Assembly: GCA_048128005.1 (NCBI GenBank)
Contig: JBEUKZ010000038.1
Location: 124,001-188,000, forward strand
Direction: 5' to 3'
Length of the DNA: 64,000 nt
From: Veleropilina oligotropha
Taxonomy: Eukaryota
The notes beneath the pieces were generated by a model that did no database searches, was not told the DNA's origin, and saw only the letters and a list, made by a program, of their open reading frames with translations. This document shows, piece by piece, positions 12,774 to 26,107 of the stretch (positions are counted from its first letter, which is position 1; every line of letters begins with the position of its first letter). The translations under genes were made by a program, and so were the position numbers.

Positions 12774-12932
12774 CGGTTTTCAAACCGACAACTGTGAAAC
12801 CCGACCCAGGGCCCCAGAGAGGCGATGTGCCCAAGGTCCGCTACGTACCCACACCTCGAGCCATCATACCGCTGATAGAAGCTTCTGACCTACTGCTGTC
12901 ACAAGAACTACGCAACATGAAGGCTATATATC
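12774..12932 (+). CDS. MEGF6: MEGF6-like exon, Pro-rich linker (VFKPTTVKPDPGPQRGDVPK...KAIY)
   Basis: ttccag|CG ... C|gtaaga; 159 bp, open, GC-rich island, phase 1-1. Confidence 0.8.
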
Positions 12933-13216
12933 GTAAGATTGAACCCTTGTAACATCGTACAGTTTATATTTTGGGATATATTTTGTGTGGTTTTGGACAT
13001 ATTTGCTGTGAATATTTTAGTTGACGTATTATATCTGTTTAATAAAAGATAGTAAAGAAATCTTCTTTTTGTGTAGTTATCTCATCTTATCTGTCATTTA
13101 TTACAAGTGGAATACATTTTGCAATGACAATGGAGACTTCATCATGATTATGCAGGCCATCTTTTTGGCCGATAGAATCAGAGGTATATTTATATTTTCA
13201 TTTCAATGCTTCTCAG

Positions 13217-13237
13217 GAACTGCTAACAGCAGAAGAG
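13217..13237 (+). CDS. MEGF6: candidate 21-nt microexon (RTANSRR)
   Basis: ttttcatttcaatgcttctcag acceptor, GAG|gtaagg donor, open in phase 1. Confidence 0.6.
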
Positions 13238-14160
13238 GTAAGGTTGTCTGGCGAACGCTGACTATAGTCAGATTATAATGTAGAAGGGTAGGAAGATTGC
13301 GGTACTAAATGTAAGGGGGTTTAGCAATAACCATATACTTCCCTAACAACTGAGAATGGCCATCCATGCACATGGATCTTATAGTTCCAACTTTGTAATT
13401 TATCAGGAATTACTGTTAGATGATAGATTATTTTTAAATAATTAGTGATTTGTACTTAGAAATTTCTTTCTGACATCTCTATATTCTATGATTTTAAAAG
13501 TCATTATATAACAATTTACTTCATATATGTATACACTTTATTACGATATTTGTTATATGTAAAAGCACCACTTACATTGTGGTATGAATCAGTAGATGTC
13601 GCAGGGATGGTTAAATGTAACGCAACGTTTATATCATGAAGAAGGTGATGGTCTGTGTCTGGTTAAGATCAACTATATAACTGTGGTTATGCTATTACAC
13701 ATTTCATGAAACTAAAATGTACATTTTCTAACCCTGCATGAAAAGGTGGGTAGGATTTGCAGGTTCTCATTCTCAAAATGATGTGCACAAAGCGACTCCA
13801 TATATAATATTAGGTATGGGATAAACTACTGGATACCGTTGAAAAACTCATGTCGAGGGCCGGAGTATCGAAGAAGAAAGAATAATTAATAGGTGACATA
13901 AAAAACATGTTTTAATGACCATAATATATACTTTTCATCAGTTTTAAGTAACTAGATATTTTACGATGCTATTAAAACCATGTACTTGAGTATAAATTGA
14001 TGCTATATTCACATTCTAGTGTTCTGTTGTGAATATTAGTCTAGTATGTCTATTTGTATTTTCGGTGAAGATTGTTTGAATTACGAGTGAGGCTGAAGCT
14101 TAGATACTTCAGCTGTTTTCCTCTGATTATACATACTAATCCATGTAACTTGCTTTTCAG

Positions 14161-14303
14161 AGTGCATACCAGGGACGTTTGGGCCGGACTGCACCCTCAC
14201 ATGCAATAACTGCCTGAATGGGGGAGAGTGCGGAGGTGACATGAAGAGCTGCATTTGCCCTCCCGGCTGGCAAGGGATCATCTGCAATGCCACCTGCCCC
14301 CAG
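14161..14303 (+). CDS. MEGF6: MEGF6-like exon (CIPGTFGPDCTLTCNNCLNGG...TCPQ)
   Basis: ttttcag|AG ... CAG|gtgaga; 143 bp, phase 1-0. Confidence 0.92.
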
Positions 14304-14904
14304 GTGAGATGGGTGACGAGGACGGAATGAGGGTTGACAAGCATGTCAGAAATGTATAGGCTGTACCACAAGGTTTTGTTGTCTAATAGGATAAGCTGGC
14401 AGTTAACCAAATTATTATTATCTTGAAGTAAGTGTCAATATGGTTTGTTAAGCCACAGGTCAAGATAATTTGGTCATTGTTTAAATTTCAGTTATATGGC
14501 TGTTGCATCAATTTTAGCCCACTTGGTCAAAAACAATCCATGAGCTTATGTACCTTCCTGAGCTTGTTATGCACTGCCTACAGTGGGTCCTGAATGAAAT
14601 GGGGCATCTTGATTATGAAAATATTGGTATCATTACTCCATGTACTACTTCAGAACGATGCCTTTTTATCCACGGGAACTTTCATCAATTAACAGCCACA
14701 AGAGTATGACCGTAACCGTCCCATTGGAGCATTGGAGTGGGTTGTCCTCGTGCCACCAGGATTTCCTCTCGCGATAATATGGACATCCTGATATAACCGT
14801 GTAGGGTGTTAATTTATGGAACATTTAAGCCAAAAACATCTAAACCAAAATTGATATATTAATTTATGTATATTATAATTTATGTCATATCTTTTTAATA
14901 TTAG

Positions 14905-15237
14905 GGCATGTACGGTGACAACTGCAATGGCCTGTGCACGTGTCAGAACGGTGGGACGTGTGACCACGTGACTGGCAGTTGTTCCTGTCCGCCTGGGATC
15001 AAGGGAGATAAATGTGAGGACGGCTGCCCGGCGGGATTGTACAGCGAGGCGTGCGACATGCCATGCCCAAAGATCTGTTCCAGCGGATACTGTAACCGAC
15101 TGTTTGGCTACTGCGAGTGCATGGCCGGCCTGTTTGGGCCGTCTTGTAACCTGCCATGTCCTTCATTCAGCTACGGACCCAACTGCGTGTCGCAGTGCGA
15201 CTGCAACGAGGATTTCAGCACAGGATGCCATTCCAAG
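14905..15237 (+). CDS. MEGF6: MEGF6-like exon, laminin-type EGF repeats
   Basis: ttag|GGC ... AAG|gtgtgt; 333 bp, phase 0-0. Confidence 0.92.
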
Positions 15238-17581
15238 GTGTGTTTAATACTGTGGAGTACATGATCTCGCCAGTTAACAATATTTTGGGTTGTTATCTTT
15301 GCCATCCTGCATGTAGTTAGTAACCATAGCCAAACCGACCTTAATTATTATGCCTCGTGCTACATACCATAACCATTTTCACAAAGTGAGTGCAGGAAAT
15401 TTGCCAACTACCATACAGGCATTCTGCGTGAATGATAATATTAGATACATCATGGGGAATTCCTGAAAGCATAGGGGCATCTTGTAAGGTTTGCATTCTT
15501 AACAATACGACGCCTGAAATAATGTGGTCAGCTGTGTAATATTTCTATTTTATTATGAATGTATATCATCGAAGACGAACGTCAATAGACACGTTTTCAT
15601 TAACTTCAGTAAAAAATTTAACACAACTGTTGCTACAGTGATGATTCAGAATCAGATGAACAAATATATTTGTATTTTAATGTTATTAATCACAATTAAA
15701 ATTCAATGTTTTGCGATAGTGCTCCCTTAAATATATTTTATTTTTCCTTTGACCTTTTTCCGTTGTCATTAATGTTGGGCTTAAAGTTATTCAAATATGC
15801 CATTTTTGATGGAAAACGAATTTAAATTAATTAATTTATCGTGAATAGTTCAATACCCCGTAATTGTCACCCTAACTGGTTGTCAATACTGTGAAACTTG
15901 AATATGCGCGCTGTTCAAACGTAGGTAAAAGCAGACTCTGACCGTCGCAAAGTTATTTTAATCTACCTGTTTCGAAATATCCGTGCTTCCATTAGCACCA
16001 GTGCCCATTTATTATTTCAATTTATTCCAAATGCGCACAGTATTTCCCATTCTTACGGTCATATTTCCGATAACAGACCTGACCGTCAGAATGAGCATGG
16101 CATCAAAAATGATAGATGGCGCTCTGCTGACAGAAGCCAGTGAAATGACGGCATTGTCATCACGTTATCCGTTCGACCATTCACATAACCGCTTTGGTAG
16201 ATGTTTGTTGCGCACCATACAATTGCTTAGCGATGTCTCGGGACGTTTCATTGTTTTATGGCTCACAGAAAGAACAATCTATTTTTGGTAAAGGAAATCC
16301 CGCAGTTCAATATATATGACACCAAACATGGCGGCCATTGGTATTGGAATGTCGCAATTTCGGGAGTGCAAACACTGCGATTTTATTCGAACTTTACGTT
16401 ATATTATAAGTATAATAAATAAACAACACAGGCATCACAATAAAGGTATTTTATTGCATATAAATATTTAATATCGACATAAAACATATTATATCATGTA
16501 ATTCAAACCGTAGCGCTATGACAGGGAAGCGTTGCGGCCAACAGGGAAGCATAGCGGGTGAACATTGAAGTAGAGCTACGCTTCAGCATCCGGGATAGAA
16601 CACTAATAAATACATGACATTGTTAACATCAGTGAGAGCACACCACGTTATTCGACATTGTTGAATTCATATGACCATAATGTATGTGACCATCAATGTA
16701 TGTGACCATCATGTTACAATTCTTTATTATAGTAGGGACACCTCTACCTGGCAACGTTCACCTGTGAAATGATTTCAGTGAGATGTTTTTCCATAACGAG
16801 GGTATTACAGTCTTGCACATTCTTCTAAAATAAAATTAATCTTAGGAACATCGCGGAAGTAGAATTTCTCGTACAGCCAAATCTCTATAAAACGATGTAA
16901 ACGGCAGTGGACATTTAATATCTCTTCCGAGCGGACAAGATTTTGAGCGGGTGAATTTATTTTGTAAGGTTATTGTACTACTTGATATTTATTATCGTGA
17001 GGTCCCAGTATATTATATTGTATACTTTGATTTTGTATAAAAGATATATTTTTTGACCAATTTTTTAGAAGGTCAAATATTTTAATACTAATTATAGATC
17101 GTTTTGAATTGGTTTTTTCGCCGTCAAAGGATCCATATCATTCATTTGGTTATAATTTAAAATTTTGTATCATCAAAAATGCGGATTGCGTATTAGTGCG
17201 AAAATTTTCGTAATTTATTGTGTTGTATAGCTTTATTTTCCGCAACCCGAATTTTTTAACAATCCAACTTTTTCATATAACCCCGACAGAAAGTCCTCAA
17301 ACTTGCACTTCCGTTAGCAGTCATAAACACAGCGAACATAGTCGACAAGTGTGTGGTAAGAAATGAGTTCTAACTCTATTTTAGCGTATGGGTGAGTGAT
17401 TAATTATATTAATATATCTTCCATATGGTGACTGTTTTCATCACGACACATCACCATCGTGTTGATTGTGGATTTAGTACGATTTTTATGTGCCATGGGT
17501 GTCCCTAATTATAGATGCTTATTATGTGTATGAATGTTCATGACCTTGTTGACTCATAATTCGAACATGTTATCTTTATAG

Positions 17582-17768
17582 ACGGGGGTCTGCGACTGCA
17601 ACGATGGCTACCACGGGGAAAGATGTGAGGAACAGTGTCAGACCAATTACTTCGGGGCTGGATGCCGGCAGAAATGCCGCTGTGCGAGCGACATGAAGTG
17701 TAACCATGTGAATGGAATGTGCCTGCGGGACTGCCCCGCTGGAAAGGCCGGCCCGCGATGCGATCAGC
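17582..17768 (+). CDS. MEGF6: MEGF6-like exon (TGVCDCNDGYHGERCE...PRCDQ)
   Basis: tatag|ACG ... C|gtgagt; 187 bp, phase 0-1. Confidence 0.9.
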
Positions 17769-18986
17769 GTGAGTAAAGGGAGATAACTCATCAGAATGCT
17801 GCTGCTTGTTACTCGGCGTACTGACTGCTTGATAGCTGCACAATTTTATAACCATAATGTAATTCGTCTGATTATTGACACAGACACAGTGAGTGTGTTT
17901 GTGCGAGACGCAATTTGCATCTCCAGCGAATATGGATGATAAGCAAGCTCAAGTTCAACTTACTGGTCCCGTTAATTGATATAAGCAATGATATTCCTGT
18001 TAAATTTCATCGCGTTGACGATTGAATAATAATATGTATGAAATAATTCATATATTTATTTTAAAATATGGATTTTTCTTGAATACGGATATATCTCTTC
18101 CATCGGTATCTGATAACAAAGTCATATTCCACCGACTACCAGGTGTCATGATGAGTATTTTCTCTCATGGTTCGGTAGTCGGGTCCATTGCCGCAGTTTT
18201 TGTTAAGATAATATTTATTTTAAACTCGACTATAATATGTGGAACAGTTGGGCAAATAACTAAAGGATACAGGATACAATTGGGAAGAGAGTTTGTACTC
18301 TGATCTCTTGGATGTTCTTCTTTTCAATGTGTATATGTTTGTTTTGCTGCCTTGTGACTTGATGTTGTGACTCCCTACCCTCCCTTTTGGTCATATATTT
18401 ATCATTTGATTTGTTTTATTAATTTTGTTGTTTTTAGTTTTTGCAGTAAGTAACTTGATAAATATGAAACATCTGACTACTATGTTTTATTTGAACGTAA
18501 TTAACATTTTTGGTGTCATTTATAATATTTGTTGATTAATAAATACATTAACATAAATATAGTACACTGTATATACATTGCAGACTTGTAAGATATCAAT
18601 GCACACTATAACGTTAATGATACTCAAAGCAAAATTATATCGACCTCCGTGGCTTAGTATTTTGCATATCGTACACTCGCCTCTGGATAATTGTTTGAGC
18701 AGGAATTCATATCTCCCTGCTCGTAGGGTTCATATATTAGGATTTTTTCAAAACTTGTAACATGGATGCTTTCAATTTTTTCAATATTTCCTCAACATTT
18801 ACAGCTCAACTAGCTACATCATTGGGTAGATCGAGTTTGAATATGGGCATATTAAAACATTATATTGTCTCCTGACAACTTTGGTCTTCGTGTCTTGAGA
18901 TATAAACGTGAGCAATGATATATGAGCAGAGAACAATCTCGTCACAGTTTAACTAACACCTCAGCTGCAGCATCTTATCAGGACCT

Positions 18987-19078
18987 GCATGCCACTAACT
19001 ACATGCATCACCATGATGTTAAAGTGATGCATGCCACTAACTACATGCATCACCATAATGTTAAAGTAATGCATGCCA
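18987..19078. repeat. 42-bp tandem duplication
   Basis: gcatgccactaactacatgcatcaccat.atgttaaagt.at x2.2. Confidence 0.85.
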
Positions 19079-19693
19079 GTCAATGTCTAAACATTGAAAA
19101 ATTTATGTGAAGCATGAATACATTGATTGTCAGATAACTTCATTGCTTTGCACTGTCAAGCGGCCTGTTCATAAAAATGTTACACCATTATTTTAATTTT
19201 CGATTGAAACATTTCAGTCCATAGCCTATTTAGCCAAATTGGTCAAACAATATAATTTTAGCATTGTTCTTCGATACAATGAACATGATTGATATAACAT
19301 GACTGATATAACATAGTATTTAGCTGTATAATTATGTTAATATAGGACAATCATCTCCTCAAATCAAGTCTGTGAAAACATAAAATTGTTATACTGTATA
19401 TGGTGTTTCCTGGATTGAGATTCAAAGCACGTAAAAGTGATTAACAAACTTCTAAAAGTTAATGGTATTAGATAATATTGGTTAGTACATTTATATCGAT
19501 GAAGGAAAAGTTATATTTATATTTATAATGAAACAAAATTACTAACTTGTAAGAAAGATATAAACATTCACACTGAAAGTGTAATTGATATATTTTAATT
19601 TATTAAATGGTGTAATTATTTTGTTTTTACTTGTTTATGTTGTGTTACTATTGTTGTTTCCTTACTTTCTTTTGGGTGTATTTGCTGCCTCAG

Positions 19694-19819
19694 CCTGTGA
19701 GAAGGGCACATTTGGGGCTAACTGCTTGGAGAAGTGCCCCTGTGGGGGCAGTGGGTGTGACCCCTTGCTAGGAGAGTGTTTTTGTGAGCCAGGCAAAATG
19801 GGAAAACAATGTCAAGAAT
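19694..19819 (+). CDS. MEGF6: MEGF6-like exon, laminin-type EGF (CEKGTFGANC...KQCQE)
   Basis: cctcag|CC ... T|gtgagt; 126 bp, phase 1-1. Confidence 0.88.
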
Positions 19820-20640
19820 GTGAGTGTTGCAGAAAACATTTAAAGAAAAATGATTCCCGAGATTCTGACAGTCAATTTTAAAATTGCATATTAAATATGA
19901 TCTTTATGATCATGTTGAAATAATTAAATATATATGTAAACTAGTAAGTACAGAGAATTAAATGAAAGTTCACAAAAATATCTGTCAGAGATATTTCTTA
20001 TATATTATATATTTGTTTCCTAAATCTATGAACACAGAAATGACGTTTCATGTTAATATGAGCAAATAATCATCACAGGTCTGTCGTATTTGTTCATGGA
20101 TTAATTTTGTATTGTCAAGTTTCCTCCTCTCTTTCTCTCTCTCCTGTATCTTTCATTTTCTTCTTCCATCTGCATTTTATATCACATTTAGCCAACAGTG
20201 TGGTAGTCAAGATTGTAAAAATATCGTGTTCAACAGACAATAATATATCTATAAACATGCTACAATTTGTTTGTTTAACATAATATATTTTATACTGAGT
20301 TGTGCTGTGTTGTTACATTTATTGAAACTCTTGAAGTTGTTTTGCTTATAGACTTTGTAGTTTTATTTTTAGTAGATTTTAAAGTTAAGCTAGCATGAGT
20401 GTTTAATATTTGTGAATATCTTTTAAGGACAATTCATGACAGAATAACATTATGTTTACACATGATATAAACATGGTGGCTTATTGTCCTGCTTTTAATA
20501 ACAAACGTGACAGAGAACGCTGGGGATGCTATACATGTGGCCTCATAGTTTTCAACAAGGTCATCTGTGTGGCTATGTGCGAGTGTTGCCATTATTTTGC
20601 TTTTCCAGGCTTTAAGCCTTAGTTAGTCCATCTTATTTGC

Positions 20641-21600
20641 TTATTATCTCCCCAGTTACCAACGTGGGGGATCTTGCGATCGCCCAGTCTGTCTGTCTGT
20701 CCGTCTGTATGTAATCGTTATCGTTTCCGGAGCATATCTCTTACACCGCTCGACATAACTTTACGAAACTTGCTGGGTGTATTAAGTAGCATGGATGTGC
20801 CGACACTGGGTGGCCCCACCCGGCAGTCTTAGCTGCCACCCGGCACAAACAAAAATATTTAGATTTCCACCCACCACTACATTTGATTAATTGATGTTAA
20901 AAACAAGCATATATATACATTTTAAATGTACATTTTATAATATACATGTAAATTTATGATCTAAATGTCACTCAGGTATCATAAAGTTGCTTTTGAGATG
21001 CATAATATTTGCAAAATTATTCATATGGTGCCGAAAATTGATATTGAAAATTAATATACCCGGCACTCAAAAATTCCTGAGCACATGCCTGACGTAGTCG
21101 GTGAACTGGTGCCTTTTCCCAGTTTCGTCGACAAAAGCGGCGATTATTAACAGAGCTACTGCCCTTGTCGTAAATTTGTTAATGTGATCTTTTCCGGACC
21201 GTATCTCATACACCACTCAACATATCTTTACGAAACTTGCTGGGTGCCTTTTGCTAATTGTAACGTTGTGCGACTATTAATAACAGAGTTATTGCCCTTG
21301 TTGTAAATTTGTTAATGATCTCTTTTCCGGTGCGTATCTCATAAACCGATTGGCATATCTTTATTCAGTAGTTGGTGAACTGGTGCCGTTTTCTAATTTC
21401 GACGTGCGTCGATTAATAACAGAGTTATTGCCCTTGTTGTAATTTACACGTATGCTATTGTAGTTTCCAAAACATACAGCATATAGTAATTATGAATTTA
21501 CCATTGCGATGGGTATTGATGGCTCTGTCTTCTTGCTTCAACTTAAAAGCATGGATGGAGTGTTAAAATTAATGTTTCACCCGGGGGATATGTCTTCCAT
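20641..21600 (+). mobile_element. HINE-like element, ~150-bp cores, with ~300-bp MITE-like insert at ~20790-21091
   Basis: tatctcccc/gggggata, (GTCT)n, repeated core; insert has imperfect TIR and aagtag/acgtag duplication. Confidence 0.7.
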
Positions 21601-21648
21601 GATAAATAGGCTACACCGGTGGTAATGGATAAGAGCATGGCCACAATT

Positions 21649-21713
21649 TACTCACCTGTCTGCTCTGAATACTCACATGTCTGCTCTGAATACTCACCTG
21701 TCTGCTCTGAATA
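21649..21713. repeat. 21-bp minisatellite x3
   Basis: tactcacctgtctgctctgaa. Confidence 0.85.
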
Positions 21714-22204
21714 GTAGAATTTTGGGTGTGGACACTCTATTCAATGAACAGCCATATTTATCCGTAACTCGTCGGTGAGCGCAGGGGATGGTTTTTATGG
21801 GCAACTATTTTTACCTCCCGAGATAATATACACCTGTTGTGGTATATGACCCTAGATTGTGTAAAAAAGTGGGGTAAAGCATTCCTCCAAATTCTGTCAT
21901 ACCAATTGCAATGGCTGAGTGGATTTGCATCCTCCTTTGATCACTTTGTGGAGACTCAGAGTTATTATGCACAGTTGTTGGATTTTATCAGGTGACCTAC
22001 AATAATATGGACATATGTCCTGGTATGATTTCGAAGGGTGTTAAATCACACGTGCTGATCCAAATAAAATCATTATCTATTTCGCTCTTTCTTCTTAATT
22101 CTTCTGAAATCACATTCTCATGGTACCCATTCTATTTCCTCTGCGTGTGAAATCGTAGCCAGCAGTTGAACCAATAATCATTTTGTTCCTGTCTTCACTA
22201 ACAG

Positions 22205-22333
22205 CATGCACCGAGGGATCCTGGGGAATCAACTGCCGGAAGGAGTGCGACTGCTTGAATGGTGCAACATGTGATGCACAGACCGGCGAGTGCATCTGTC
22301 TGTCCGGCTGGTTTGGAAAAAGCTGCGAAGAAT
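22205..22333 (+). CDS. MEGF6: MEGF6-like exon, laminin-type EGF
   Basis: aacag|CA ... T|gtgagt; 129 bp, phase 1-1. Confidence 0.92.
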
Positions 22334-22737
22334 GTGAGTTGTTTAAATGGTCTTGACCCAAATCCACCACATTTTCATCAGATATTTAGAAAATCGAGAA
22401 AGTCAACAAATGTAACCATTTGAAAACTTCTCTTTATTTATGTCCAAATTAAGAAAAGCAAAGAAAGTTGTTATGTTTTAAATACTTTGTGATTGTTAAT
22501 ATATAAAGCTATAGCATATATTACTTTTAACGGTTTCGACATACTGGCTCAAATCGGAGAATTTCTCCTGAAAAATCAAGAGTGACAAATTACGAAGATT
22601 TGTTTAATCCAAAGATGCTGTGATACGAAATAAAGCTTGTGAATATGGTTCTGAAATGGAGTCAAATTATTTCACTTGGCAATAACATAATTCAGTAAAC
22701 TTAAGTTCAAATAATGCAATAATTATTTCCATTTCAG

Positions 22738-22866
22738 CCTGCCCTCCGCTGCGGTATGGTACACAGTGCATGCATCGCTGTATGTGCGAGAATGGCGCGA
22801 AATGCGACCCAGACGACGGCAGCTGTGAATGTGAATCTGGATGGACAGGGCAACTCTGTGACAGAG
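22738..22866 (+). CDS. MEGF6: MEGF6-like exon, laminin-type EGF
   Basis: ttcag|CC ... G|gtgggt; 129 bp, phase 1-1. Confidence 0.92.
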
Positions 22867-23053
22867 GTGGGTCTACAACAACTGCAATACATGATGATGT
22901 TATTGTGGCACCTGAAGCTTATGTACTATCTGCAGCAGATTTTGAATCAAAGCTCCACAAATATAATGATTTTGAAGATGTTTACTGTTCTCATTATGGA
23001 AATTAAAAACTATAATGATTTGAGTTTTTACTATAAAATACATGGGCGTGATA

Positions 23054-23347
23054 TACAGACAGTGGATCTCTAGGGTCAGTTACTCCATTGTTCTACAGAC
23101 AATGGAACTCTAGGGACGGTTACTCCATTGTTCTACAGACAATGGAACTCTAGGGACGGTTACTCCATTGTTCTACAGACAAGGGAACTTTAGGGATGGT
23201 TACTCCATTGTTCTACAGACAGTGGAACTCTAGGGTCAGTTACTCCATTGTTCTACAGAGAGTGGAACTCTAGGGTCAGTTACTCCATTGTTCTACAGAC
23301 AATGGAACTTTAGGGTCAGTTATTCCATTGTTCTGCAGACAATGGAA
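23054..23347. repeat. 40-bp minisatellite x7 with internal inverted repeat
   Basis: tacagacaatggaactctagggtcagttactccattgttc. Confidence 0.92.
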
Positions 23348-23621
23348 TCGACCAGAGTGAGGTGATATTGAGTGAACTCTTCCCATAATGCACCCATGGG
23401 GTGATATCTGCTATTCATTATGCTTTATTAAGGGGTAAAAGGGTTGCAATTACAATAGATTGTGTTGGCATGTATTACAGATAATTCCCTGACACCCCTG
23501 CACAATATCTTCATAATTCCCATAGCTTACGCTCGGGTAATTATGTGACATCATGTCAGAAATCTTTGCAGGTATCAGGGTAATATCTATTACATACTAA
23601 TCTAAATATTCCTTTGACATA

Positions 23622-24791
23622 TTTTGATCCCCTGCAAAAAAAATTTGAGGGATATTAAAATGCATACCGTCCGTCCGTCCGTGCCAATTATCTTTTCCGG
23701 AGCATATCTCATACACCACTCGACATAACATTTCGAAACTTCCTGGGTTATTAAGTACTCTGTGAACTGGTGCCTTTTGCTAGTTTCAACGTCGTGTCGC
23801 TATTATTAACAAAGTTATTGCTCTTGGTGTAAATTCGTTAACATCTTTTCCGGAGCGTAGCTCATACACCGCTTGACATAACTTTACGAAACTTGCTGCA
23901 TGTATTAAATAGTCGGTGAACTGGTGCCTTTTGCTAGTTTCAACGTTGTGCGACGATCATTAACCGAGTTATTGCCCTTGGTGTTAATTCGTTAATGTTA
24001 TCTTTTCCGGAGCGTATCTCGTACACCGCTCGACATAACTTTACGAAACTTGCAGGGTGTATTAAGTAGTCAGTGAACTGGTGCCTTTTGGTAGTTTCGG
24101 GGTTGTGTGGCGATTATTAACAGAGTTATTGCCCAGAGAAGTACAGTTTGCTCCTGAGGCCGCTTCGGCAGCGCAGTGGGTAGAGTGTCCACTCTAAATT
24201 CACTGGCTTGATTCCGCTAATGCGAAAAGTAGTGGGTTCAATACCTGGCTGAGGTATTGAAATTTGTTCAAGTTATGAATCACAGTTGTCCATGACTGGC
24301 CGAAGAGGGCGGGTTTACCCGGGCGACCGGGGTTTCCTCCCGCGATAACACGGACATGTCCTGCCTTGAACCTCGATGTTGTAAATATAAAGGACATTAA
24401 GCATCATTCCTCCCTCCCTCCCTCCGAAGCATATCACATAAACCGCTCAGCATAACTTTATGCAATTTGGTGGGTGTATTAAGCAGTTGTTGAACTGGTG
24501 CCTTTTGCTAATTTCGACGTTTTACGGCATTTATTAAATTTTTTATTCCCAACTATATCTCATAAAGTGATTGTCTTATCATTACGAAACTTGTTGAGTG
24601 TATTCAGTAGTTGGTTAACTGGTGCCTTTTCATAATTTTGTCGTTGTGTGATGATTACTGACAGAGTTATTGCCCTTGTCAATATTTAAAACAATGATAT
24701 TGCGCTTATCCCATTGTAGTTTCAAGGACGTACAGCATATAGTAATTGTGAATGTACCATTGCAGGTGATATTGATGGCATTGTCTTCTTG
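23622..24791 (+). mobile_element. HINE-like element, same core family as 20641, ~6 cores, SINE-interrupted
   Basis: (GTCC)n then repeats of ttttccggagc..cgaaacttgc..gaactggtgccttttg. Confidence 0.75.
24158..24425 (+). mobile_element. tRNA-derived SINE, inserted in a HINE-like element
   Basis: Same family as 4167 and 50862 copies; (TCCC)n tail. Confidence 0.85.
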
Positions 24792-24802
24792 TTGCTTTTC
24801 AG

Positions 24803-24931
24803 CTTGTCCACCGGGTATGTATGGCAAGAACTGCGTGAAGCACTGTCACTGCCGGAACAGTGCGGAATGTGATCCAGATACTGGGGAATGCCTCTGTGCT
24901 CCTGGATGGAGAGGCGAGGGATGCGATGAAC
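24803..24931 (+). CDS. MEGF6: MEGF6-like exon, laminin-type EGF
   Basis: ttttcag|CT ... C|gtaagg; 129 bp, phase 1-1. Confidence 0.92.
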
Positions 24932-24988
24932 GTAAGGCTTGCTGATATCAATACGAAATATGCTCATTGTAACAATGTTGCTAAGCCA

Positions 24989-25670
24989 TTTTTAACCCGA
25001 GCCTAAAAAAAGGCTGGGGTTATTGTCATCGCCCGAGGCGGGCGGGTTGGCTGAGGATTTGTCCGGATCATATCTCGGCTTGTAAGCATGTCAGCTTGAT
25101 GAAACTTGGTAACGTAATTACCATGACCTACACTAGCGCATGGCGATATAATTTTCCGTGTGCGACCTTTGACCTCGCCATTGTGACCTTCCCCAAATAT
25201 AGAATAAAGCTTTTGTCCAGAACATCTCGGCTTGTATGTATGCCAGCATGACGAAACTTGGTATATACTAACTTACCTTGAGTTACCCTAGCGCGTGGCG
25301 ATATAATTTCCCGTGTGCGATCTTTGACCTTACCCAAAATATAGGATGAAGCTTTTGTCCGGATCATATCTCGGCTTGTATGCATGTCAGCTTGATGAAA
25401 CTTGGTATGCTAACTTACCATGACATACGCTAGTGCATGGCGACATAATTTTCCGTGTATGACCATTGATTTTGACTAAAAATTTCCATATTAAAACTTT
25501 TTTTTATTTCGGAATTTTTAATTATTTTTTCATCTGAACTTTTACATGATGGACAGCTAGCACAGTATTTAGCCAATGTTACTGACAAAGTCAAGATCAC
25601 AGATTTTATATGGTAGTCCGATTGCTATATAAGGCTGGGGTTCCCGACAGCTCTGCGGCTGTCTATTTTT
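24989..25670 (+). mobile_element. HINE-like element, ~155-bp core x3
   Basis: aacccgagcct..aggctggggtt hairpin, repeated core, 3' gacag..ctgtc hairpin. Confidence 0.7.
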
Positions 25671-26107
25671 TCCTTTGATGGCTGCACTTAAATCATGTTG
25701 GAAAAAGGTGTATCTATTCTCAACTGATTACTGAATTTAAACGACATTAAGCCATGCCAGATGCTATGATTATATGCTGTATATATGTGTATTTAGGTAC
25801 CTGGTTGGTAGCGATATAATTTGTAATTATGTTTTTCTAGCGCTTTCCACATGTAATGACAGCAATTCTCTCAGAGGGATATGAGATTGTATCTCAAGTA
25901 AAACGGTTCATAATCTTGGATCTAAATTCTAACCCACACTTTCTTGTTCAAAGTGTGAAAATAGAAGGGGGCGTCTAACAAAAAACACATACAGTACCAG
26001 TCAAAAGTTTGAGTACCATTGAAAAAGTTTTATTAAAAAAAGTATCACTTAGTACATCTATAGTATAAATAAACACATATAACAACTAAGATATCTAGGA
26101 ATATGAA

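Noticed and set aside
23054..23347. CRISPR-like palindromic repeat array
   Set aside because: Units are contiguous with no unique spacers; no cas genes; eukaryotic intron.
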